From NCBI GenBank assembly GCA_951406725.2, contig OX597836.1:8866001-8930000 (forward strand): a DNA stretch of 64,000 bases. Reading direction: 5' to 3'. The notes beneath the pieces were generated by a model. The model saw only the letters and a program-made list of their open reading frames with translations, was not told where the DNA came from and did not search any database. The translations under genes were made by a program, and so were the position numbers. The DNA comes from Octopus vulgaris. Taxonomy: Eukaryota. Below, in pieces: positions 54,165-64,000 of the stretch; position 1 is the stretch's first letter; each line of letters begins with the position of its first letter.

Positions 54165-54274
54165 CTGATGCTCATCTGAATCGCTCGTTTCGCCCCTGAT
54201 CCCTTGTACTGTGTCCATCCATAAACTCCATATTGACCATTTTCTCCTGTCCATCCTAATCAGAACTTTCCTTT
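54165..54274 (-). other. Candidate internal exon (110 bp) of an unidentified minus-strand transcript
   Basis: Acceptor TTCTTTTTCTTTTTCTTGCAG|, donor CAG|GTGAGA, purine-rich body, one open frame RKVLIRMDRRKWSIWSLWMDTVQGIRGETSDSDEHQ. Confidence 0.5.
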
Positions 54275-55551
54275 CTGCAAGAAAAAGAAAAAGAACACGC
54301 ATTTCAATTTCTTTCGGGCTGCAATTATTTTCTATCTCTGAGAAATGTCTTGTTTTATAAAGTGTTTGATTTATTTACCTCGGATTATTTCATGCTGATG
54401 ATTTCCAAAAAGAATGAAATCGTGGTGTACTTGATTACCAAAGATTAGACATTTTAAGAACTTTGTAATAAGTAAGCAAATTTTCCCTCATTCTCTCCCC
54501 CCTCATCTCTCCCCCCTCTCTCTCCTCTCTCTCTCCCCTCTCTTCTCTCTCTCCTCTCTCCCTCCTTTTTTCGTTTCCTCTCTCTTTCTTTCTCTCTCTC
54601 TCTCTCCCTTTCTCTCGCCAAATATGAAAAAAAAAATGAAAAACTTTCGTTGTATTAGCTGTCTGCTGGAGGATCCCACGCATCGCCATGGAACTGTTTG
54701 AGAAATATAACTCGCATCAATCTTTTCCGATGGCCTTTGAAAGCTAAGGACACAACCCTTTCTTCAGAACATATATTTAGTAACAAAGACGTTACTAACT
54801 ATATGTTAATCATGGTTTTTCTGGGTGGGTTGAGAAAATGTTGCCGAGCAAACGGCCAACAAGGGCGACAATCTAGAAGTAATGGCGCCGATGATGTACG
54901 ATTGAGAGCTTCGTTAGTAATGTAGACACCTCGAGGAGGATCGGATACGTCGGCTTAAAAGAAAAGAGGGTTTTAATGTGTAACGGGATAACTGGTTTGG
55001 CCTCAAATCATGAAATCATGGGTAAATGAGAATCTTTACGTTCATATGAGAAGCATTTCGTTTGGTCATGACATCGATATGCGTGGCGGGGGAATAGAGG
55101 AGGGGTGATGCTCTTTTCTTGTCTTTCAAAAGTCACCAAACGTCTTAGTTTGCTGTGATTTTTGCCAAGTTGTTTGATATCACATCACTTAATTCGTGTT
55201 TAGGTAAGGGATAGTCTCAGTATTAGATTTCCTATAGTTTACACATTACGTATGAACAAATTCAGACAGCGACTCGTCACATCTCTGGCCAATGTAACCA
55301 TACACACGAAAGGGTACACGCGCGTTCGTCATGAGAAACATAAAATTTAATCTCTCTCGTGTGAGTGTGTGATGAATTCTTTTGTCTCATTTACTAATTT
55401 CGATCATTGGAGCGTGGTCATACTGGAGCACCATCTACTGGAAATTTTACCGAATCATATCCACCTCAGTACATACTTCGGCTTCTTTTACCGGACTCAT
55501 TTTTTATCGAACAGGTACGCTACCTTTATCTTTGCATTAACACACACATAA

Positions 55552-55633
<82 letters not shown>

Positions 55634-55656
55634 CTATATATATATATATATATATA

Positions 55657-55701
<45 letters not shown>

Positions 55702-55871
55702 TTTATCTTTTACTTGTTTCAGTCATTAGACTGTGGCCATGCTGGGGCACAGCCTTGAGGAATTTTAGACAAACGAATCGACCCCAGTACTTGATTTCTT
55801 TAAGTCTGGTCCTTATTCTGTCAGTCGGTTTTTCCGAAATACTAAGTTACGATTGTCGATCAGTAGTGAGC

Positions 55872-55942
<71 letters not shown>

Positions 55943-55947
<5 letters not shown>

Positions 55948-56150
55948 GAGATGCTAAAAAGTTCCTGGCTTTGGGTAAAATATGGGAGGATTAATTATGG
56001 TTTTATTTAATACATTCCCGTCTCGGATTCACACTTATTGTAACGGTCCTTCAGTTTTTCTAAGCTCTGTAAAAGAACTCTGAAGGTTGGACCTCCAGCA
56101 AGTCCTTTCGCGATACTTTTATAGCGAGGAACTTTTCAGCAATCTTTCGT
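55943..56150 (-). mobile_element. Mariner-derived MITE (family of 3502-3710)
   Basis: TIR-like GAGGAGATGCTAAAAAGTTCCTGGCT / AGCGAGGAACTTTTCAGCAATCTTTCG after (TA)n. Confidence 0.7.
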
Positions 56151-56160
56151 GTGTGTTTGT

Positions 56161-56193
<33 letters not shown>

Positions 56194-56494
56194 CACTTCT
56201 TTCAGTTCCTGTCAGCGAAATCCATTCGTAAGGTTTCGGTCGGCTCGAGGCAAAGACACTTGCCCAAGGTGCCTTGCACTGGGACTGTGCCAGGAAGCAA
56301 ACTTCTTACCAGACAGCCACGCCTGCACCTGTGTGTGTATGTGTGTCCCAAACAACTTGTTTATACTATGAGAGGTAGGCCGATGGATTTACGGAATGAT
56401 TTGTGTTTTCCTCGTTCGAATCAGATGACAGGATTACGCACCAGTACAACTCGGAGGGATTAAACGCGTATTATCAACGATTCTGATTATCTAT

Positions 56495-56905
56495 ACTCTT
56501 TTACTCTTTTACTTGTTTCAGTCATTTGACTGCGGCCATGCTGGAGCACCGCCTTTAGTCGAGCAAATCGACCCCGGAACTTATTCTTTGTAAGCCCAGT
56601 ACTTATTCTATCGGTCTCTTTTGCCGAACCGCTAAGTGACGGGGACGTAAACACACCAGCATCGGTTGTCAGGCAATGCTAGGGCGACAAACACAGACAC
56701 ACAAACACAAACATATATATATATATATATATACATATATACGACAGGCTTCTTTCAGTTTCCGTCTACCAAATACACTCACAAGGCATTGGTCGGCCCG
56801 GAGCTATAGCAGAAGACACTTTCCCAAGATGCCACGCAGTGGGACTGAACCCGGAACCATGTGGTTGGTTAGCAAGCTACTTACCACACAGCCACTCCTG
56901 CGCCT
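56495..56905 (-). mobile_element. SINE family A, full length, little diverged from 42605-43005
   Basis: Reverse complement of family A with an (AAAAGAGT)n-type tail. Confidence 0.9.
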
Positions 56906-57824
56906 ATGTTGACTTTGGCGGGATTTGAACTCGCATAGTAAAGAATCCGTACAAATACTGAAAAAGCATTTTGTTTCTCGCTCTGACGAATCTTCTAATT
57001 AATCGCCCCTTTTAATAAGAGTAATTCCGTTGGACTTGTTCTTGTACATATTTTGAACCAGTTATATTTAAGACATTCACTGACGGAAGAGGGGACGAAA
57101 AGAAAATGGAGTCTATTTCTACGATGGAAATAACTCAGTTTTGAAGAAACTAATAAATAAACCAATGTTATTATATGAACATCTGATATTATCCTTTTTA
57201 GAAGAGCTGAAAATTTTGGGGAGGGCTCTTATATATAAGGGGCTCCACCCAAAATAAGAGAATAAGGAAATACACATGTTTTACGGAGTTATGCATGTAG
57301 GAAGGTATGAGTGTGTACGTACGTGTGAGTGTGTTTTTTTGCGATGGTTTGAGAAGCAGTGATGACAATTCTGTAAATATTTTATAAACTATCACCGTGT
57401 ATTGACGAAAGAAGATCGTGTAAATATTGGGGCATATAAGCCCTCTACGGAAAAAAGTGGGTTTTCCGAGGTAATACAATTGTTCTGAAGAATATAATAG
57501 GCTGGTGAAGAATATACTAGTTTGGAATAAGGATAAGGCAGAAAACAAATTGGGAGCAATATGGCCTTCTATTATTATTAAGGCGGCGAGCTGGCAGAGT
57601 TGTTAGCACGCTCAATGCTTACAGGTGTCTTATCTGTCACCACGTTCTGAGTTCAAATTCCACCAAGGTCGAATTTACCTTTCATCTTTTCAGGGTCGAT
57701 GAGTAAGACCCAGTTGAACACAGGTTTCGATGTAATCGATTTATTCTCATCCCTAAAACTGCTGGCCTTGTGCCCAAATTTGAAACCATTATTATTATTA
57801 TTATTATAATTATTATTATTATTA

Positions 57825-58146
57825 TTATCTCCGCCTAAGCGAAAGCAGAGGTATTATTTTCAGTCGTGGTTGGCCGTAGACAAGATATCTCATGAACTGC
57901 TGGATGTTTGGCCTCATGACTGGCATGAACTGATTAGATTTGGGATCGATCCTGTACCGGACACGGATTCTGGATTATTTTCCTTTTTTTTTTACTTAAT
58001 TTTTGAGAGCGGTCAGGTTCATTTTTAGTATTCTGAGAGCAGTCGAGTTTATTTCAGATATTCTCGTTTTAAAAATCCTCTCCGGCTAATCATTGAGAGG
58101 ACGTTGGTGTTGCCTTGGCGGAGGTTTGCACTCTCCGAGTGCTCTT
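57825..58146 (+). mobile_element. Helentron-associated (DINE/HINE-like) non-autonomous element
   Basis: Sub-TIRs ATCTCCGCCTAAG / CTTGGCGGAGGT, 3' hairpin GCACTCTCCGAGTGC, inserted at TT in a (TTA)n tract. Confidence 0.75.
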
Positions 58147-58460
58147 ATTATTATTAATAAGGTAGCAAGGTGGCAGAATCGTTAGCACATCCGACCAAAT
58201 ACATAGAAATATTTCGTCCGTTTTTGTGTACCGAGTTCAGATTCCGCCAAGGTCGACTTTCCCGTTCATCCTTTCGGGGTCAATGAAAGAAGTAAGTACC
58301 TGTTGAGCACTAAGGTCGAGGTAATCGACTGACCCCTTCTCTCCCAAATATCAGGCCTTGTGCCTATAGAAGAAAACTATTTTAAAACAAATAGAAGTGT
58401 ATCCGCACATACCTACATACTTATACTTAAAAACACACACACACTCATAAATCTACATGT

Positions 58461-58520
<60 letters not shown>

Positions 58521-59103
58521 CACCATTAATCTCAAGAGCACCTTGGAATCTAAACCAGTTGGAACCATAAATAGTCACCTCATAAAAAAAAATGGGAGGC
58601 AGACAATCAAAATATAAAAAATATATATATAAATAAACAAAAGTAAGTCCTCTTGACACTGAAAAACTTAAGTGTTAACTGGCAGTTTACCAGATGTGGA
58701 GGACAAGAAGTAGGGGTGGGGGAGTAGGAAAGGGGTGGTGGGGGTGAAAAGACGGGGGTAAGAAAGTTTCCTTGCGTAACTTAGTAACAAAACTGCTTGT
58801 TCTACATTCGTTTAGACACACACAAAAAAAAACTCAATTGCATGCGCACGCGCGCGTGTTCACGTGCACATTCAGACCGACATCCACACACACAGACACA
58901 CACACACACACAGACACACACACACGCGTATATAATTTCAAATGCTTGTTGCGTTTTTTACATTGCTTATATATATATATATATGTGTGTACATATGCGT
59001 GTGTGTGTGTATATATGTGTGTGTACATATGCGTGTGTGTATATATATATTTGTGTGTGTATATATATGTGTGTGTATATATATATATATTTGTGTGTGT
59101 GTG

Positions 59104-59136
<33 letters not shown>

Positions 59137-59225
59137 ATATATGCATATATTTGTGTGTATATATATATATGTGTGTGTGTATATATATATATATATGTGT
59201 GTGTGTTTATATATATATTTGTGTG

Positions 59226-59280
<55 letters not shown>

Positions 59281-59346
59281 TATATGTATAGGAGAGAGAG
59301 TATGTGTGTGTTGTATGTGTATATAGTTAGTGCGTGCACAGACACA

Positions 59347-59388
<42 letters not shown>

Positions 59389-59619
59389 AAACTATATATC
59401 ATCCGTATGTATTCGCGTATGATTATTTGTGGCCGGGGGTGGTGGAGTGATTAGCACGTGTAAGGGTCGGGAAGAGATCGTGCGTGTGCGTGCGTAATAT
59501 ATTTTGTAACAGTAATTTTTCTTAATGCATGTAAAATATGATGGATGGCTGACGCTGAAGTTATGACCTCGGAAAGAGAGTCATAAGACATGTATGTATA
59601 TATATATATATATAATATT

Positions 59620-59972
59620 CTTTTACTTGTTTGTCATTTGACTGCGGCCATGCTGGAGCACCGCCTTTAGTCGAACAAATCAACCACAGGACTTATTCTT
59701 TGTAAGCCTCTATCTTTCTATCGGCCTCTTTTGCCGAACTGCAAAGTTACAAGGACGTAAACACACTAGCATCGGTTGTCAAGTGATGACGGGGAGACAA
59801 ACACAATATACATATATACGACGAGCTTCTTTCAGTTTCCATCTACCAAATTCACTCACAAGGCTTTGGTCGGCCCGGGGCTACAGTAGATAGTTGCCCA
59901 AGGTGCCACACAGTGTGACTGAACCCGGAACCATGTGGTTTGGAATCAAGCTTCTTACCACACAGCCACGCA
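59620..59972 (-). mobile_element. SINE family A
   Basis: Homology to 10-390. Confidence 0.85.
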
Positions 59973-59984
59973 TATATATATGTA

Positions 59985-60590
59985 TGACATTCAGTTTATT
60001 TCAAGATTTCTTGCCACTTGAGAAAGAACCGATTTCTAACCTAGATTCAAGATTCCTTCATTGTACTTTCAACATCAATGACAGGGTATGTATGTATTCT
60101 CATGCATATAGTTGCATATCTAGATATGTTCATATATATTTAAATGATTAACTTCTGGAAAGTTTTACAGATATTTACAGTTCCAGTGATGGATTGGATC
60201 TGTAGTCTTCGAATCAGCTTTCTCCTTTCTGGTTTTGAGAAGCCTAATTTATCAAGATTAGTATTTAGGCAGTGTGTTAGATATCCCAGGGCCCCAATAA
60301 TTACAGGTATAAACCTGAACTTGTAATCTGGATAGAGTAACTGCAGATTTCTCAATAGTTCAGCATAGGTATTCTCTTTTTCACTGATCTTCAGCTTTAT
60401 GTTAACATCCGCTGGGCAAGCTAATTTCCCACAACTGTGCACAGTTTCTCTTCTCTATCCCAAATCATTATATCGGGTATGTTGTGCTTACATTTTATTG
60501 AGATCTTCACTGGTACATTCCACCAGTATTCCTTTTACTATGAGTGGCTATGGCTTCTACCATATTGTGGGTTCTTATTTCTTATGTATG
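59985..60590 (-). mobile_element. 5'-truncated RLE-type non-LTR retrotransposon (R4/Dong-like), frameshifted
   Basis: WNVPVK, a PD-type endonuclease region, CPADVNIKLKISEKENTYAEL..IPVIIGALG..KTF*, then a 3' UTR with AATAAA ending in a TA-rich tract. Confidence 0.85.
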
Positions 60591-61677
60591 TATGTGCGTG
60601 TATTTAATATATGTATATATGATGTTTGTGTGTGTGTTTGTAGAAGGACGGAAGGTAGAAGTTAAAAGCATAGGTTGGGTTGAAATATGAAGAGTTGAGG
60701 TGAAACTACAGTCTGACTCTGAAGGCCCCAGAAAATGTGAGAAAATAATCAGTATAATGAGGAACGAAAAATAAAAGGGGTCGCGGGGGGCGGTCGTATT
60801 TTAAAACAAATTATTGTTTTACTTGCTTGTTTATCTCACCTTTTGTTGTTTTTAAGATTTATTATCTCACCCACTGCTCCATATTCCGGCCTTAACGATC
60901 CTCGTTAATTACTATGCCAACTTGATTTGTATTTTAGCTTTTGAGAGGAAAGCAATAGCTATTTTTGTTTATTTACTGTACTATTATCAATACAAGACAG
61001 TTACAGCTGGCCGTGTCAGAGATATCCGAATAGTGATTAACAGAGTATCTGGTAAGGAGTTGTTAAAATCTCGGACGAGTCATCGGATAATTGATATCCT
61101 TTTGACATTTGGTGATACCGCTGGTAGTGTCTGTGTGCAATTCAGCGACACTCTATGGGACCTTGACAGGTGTTATTATTCAGGGTCAGAAATGACCGTG
61201 GAACAATCGTTGCTAAGAGATGGTTCACATTCTCCCGTACGAGTGCCCCGTTACGGGATGCAGTTTGAAGCTATACCCAGGACCAAGTCCTTCATCTATC
61301 GCCAAGCTATGCTACCGGTATATAAGAGCGTGATTACGATGGAACATCTGTGAAGCTAACCAGACTAGTATATTCTTCAGAACAACTATTACCACGGAAA
61401 ACCCACTTTTTCTGTAGAAGGCTTATATGCCCCAATATTACAAGATATTCTTTTGTCAATACACGGTGATCGTTTATAAGATATTTACAGAATTGTCACT
61501 CATCACTGCTTCTCAAACCATTGCAAAAAAGCCAAATCTGCAAAGCACAAACCTTTTTTTTTTCTTTTATGCTTACGTAAGGGGTTATACAGTTTGAGGT
61601 ACTTAATTTGTGCGGTCGTGGTTACGAATGCCCTCGATCATAATAATACTCATCAGAGCCGACCTGAGATTAAACGG

Positions 61678-61733
61678 CAACAACAACAACAACAACAGCA
61701 ACAACAACAACAATAATAATAATAATAGTAATG

Positions 61734-61767
<34 letters not shown>

Positions 61768-61908
61768 TAATAATAATGATATAATAATAATAATAATGAT
61801 AATAATAATGATATAATAATAATAATAATGATGATAATAATGATATAATAATAATAATAATAATGATAATAATGATAATGATGATGATAATAATGATGAC
61901 AGCAACAA
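61678..61908. repeat. (AAC)n/(AAT)n microsatellite
   Basis: Direct inspection. Confidence 0.95.
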
Positions 61909-62484
61909 CCCAGCTTTGAAATAATTAGAAATACTTCCTAATTACTTGCAATTAACCATCTCTAATTAAAGTACACTATACTCATTGCCATCGCATCCAT
62001 CCATCCACCCGCCACTCTCTTTCGCTTCTCTCTCTCCATATATTCTAATGAAAGTACGTTGTACTTACCTCTTTAGTCACCTCCACCGCCGCCGCCGCCG
62101 CTGCTGCCATCGCCGCCTTCCCCGTCTCCATCCTTCTTCCTTCAGTTTGATCCTGCAATTATGTGTAATGGTGCATTAGAATGTAAATAAAATAAATAAA
62201 TAAACAGATAGACAAAATAAATAAATAAATAAATAAATGCAACAACTATGTCTGTGTAATTAACACGTTAAATAGAGACGGGCTGATCGGTCGGTCGGTC
62301 GGTCGGTCGGCTGGCTGGCTGGCTGGCTGGATGGTTGGCTGGTTGGATGGATGGATGGTTGGATGGCTGGTTGGCTGGTTGGATGTTCTCAACACTTCAT
62401 TTTACCTTCAGGGCTTCAAACATATATATATATATTTACTTTTTTATTTTACAAATGAAACAAGACAATAAACATGAGACGGCG

Positions 62485-62785
62485 ATGGTGGTGGTGGTGG
62501 TGGTGGTGGTGGTGGTGGTGGTGGTGAGGGTGGTAGTAAGGGTGGTGGTGGTGGTGGCGACGATAATGATAGAAGACATGGTGGTGAGGGTGGTGGTGGT
62601 GGTGAGGGTGGTGGTGGCGACGATAATGATAGAAGCCATGGTGGTGGTGGTGGTGGCAGTGGTGGTAGTGGTGGTGGTAGTGTGGTGGTGGTGGTGGTGA
62701 GGGTGGTGGTGGTGGTGGTAGTGATGGTGACGATAATGATAGAAGCCATGGTGGTGGTGGTGAGGGTGGTGATGGTAATGGCGAA
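62485..62785. repeat. (GGT)n tract with three GACGATAATGATAGAAG(A/C)CATG higher-order units
   Basis: Direct inspection. Confidence 0.9.
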
Positions 62786-63695
62786 GGTAAATAGGGAAAG
62801 GTAAAAAAACAAAAATTAAACAAAAAAAACCCCCAGAAGACGTTAGTAAGCAGATTAGGATGAAAAGAAAAAAAAGAAAAAGAACTGGGTACGTTGTTGA
62901 GGGAAGGCGGGGTACCTTTTTTCTTTTTGTTGTTGTTGTTTAAGTTCCCCCTTTTGTTTTTTAAATTGGTTTTTGTATATGTTTTTGCTTTGTTATCTCA
63001 AATATTTAGAGTATTTCGTAATATGTTTGTTTGCTTTTGGATTTCTCACCCCCAGCCCCGTTTCTCTCAGCCACCCACCCCTCTTTCTCTGTCTGTGTGT
63101 CTCTTGCTGTCTTTGTGTCTTTCTTTCCCTCTCTCTTACATTCCCTCTCTTTCTCTCTCTTATTCTTTCTCTCTCTTATTCTTTCTCTTTCTTTCTCTTT
63201 CTCTCTCTTTTTTCTCTTTTTCTCTATCTCTCCCTTTCTCTCTATCTCTCTCTCTTCCTCTCTCTTTCTCTCTCTCTCTCTCTCTCCTTTACTCTCTCTT
63301 CTCCCTCCCAATCTTTCCCTCTCTCTTACTTTTCTCTTGCTCTTTCTCTTGCTCTCTTTGTCTCTCTCTTTCTCTCTCTCTCCCCTTTACTCTCTCTTCT
63401 CCCTCCCAATCTTTCCCTCTCTCTTACTTTTCTCTCTCTCTCTCTTCCTCTCTCTCTCTCTCTCTCTCTCAGAATCTTTTCTTGTCTCTCTTCACTTCGT
63501 CCTTCGTCTTCGGTGTCTTTTTTCCACTTTTCGCTCTTCTTAGAAAAGACATGACGAGTCAAAATGAGACGGACTTTGTGGCGGAGATGGACAGGTGGTG
63601 GTGGTGGTGGTGGTGGTGTTTGATGGAATAATTTACAAGTATTGAATTCGCCAAGAAACATTACACCCCTTTACTCTGAAAACCAGTCATGGCGG

Positions 63696-63731
<36 letters not shown>

Positions 63732-63939
63732 TCCAAAAACTGCATGACACAGACTTTCCGTTTAGGAAAAGCCCGAATACTTCAACTTAATCAGTTGCTG
63801 ACCCTTAACAAAGGTCAAACATAACCGCCCCATAAACATATATATATATACACACGCGGGCGCACATAGTCTACATGTATTGAACATGCTTTCTCATTTA
63901 TACGATTGCATGTGTGTATATACTGAAACTGAAAGCCCG

Positions 63940-63989
<50 letters not shown>

Positions 63990-64000
63990 CCTCCCAACAT

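Noticed and set aside
54391-54440. Hammerhead-like CTGATGA..GAAAT on the plus strand
   Set aside because: No stem I complement and no well-placed stem III or cleavage triplet.
60922-61353. 143-aa non-repetitive plus-strand ORF
   Set aside because: TTG start, no recognisable domain or splice context; appears to overlap degraded repeat sequence.

Overview
AT-rich, microsatellite-saturated eukaryotic DNA, intronic or intergenic. The SINE repertoire and repeat texture point to an octopod cephalopod genome (inference; no database search was run). No intact protein-coding gene is supported: almost all tracked ORFs are translations of (TA)n, (CA)n, (CT)n, (TATC)n or trinucleotide tracts or of SINEs. 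The real coding remnants are transposon-derived: a Tc1 transposase, two deleted mariners, a Tx1-like LINE C-terminus and an R4/Dong-like RLE LINE C-terminus. There are several tRNA-derived SINE families, MITEs, Helitron/Helentron derivatives and a 1.33-kb tandem duplication. Main hidden signals: (1) about nine type-I hammerhead-ribozyme-like motifs in short, mostly unrelated, TA-embedded elements with Penelope/retrozyme-like direct or inverted repeats (best at 6247-6305, 12458-12518, 40727-40787, 559-640); (2) five 5'-truncated Tx1-like LINE copies stacked in one (TATC)n array; (3) a Meta-domain SINE subfamily carrying that LINE's 3' tail and repeatedly joined to one internal site of its own family; (4) a three-TIR compound mariner carrying about 120 bp of extra DNA; (5) one strong orphan minus-strand exon candidate.
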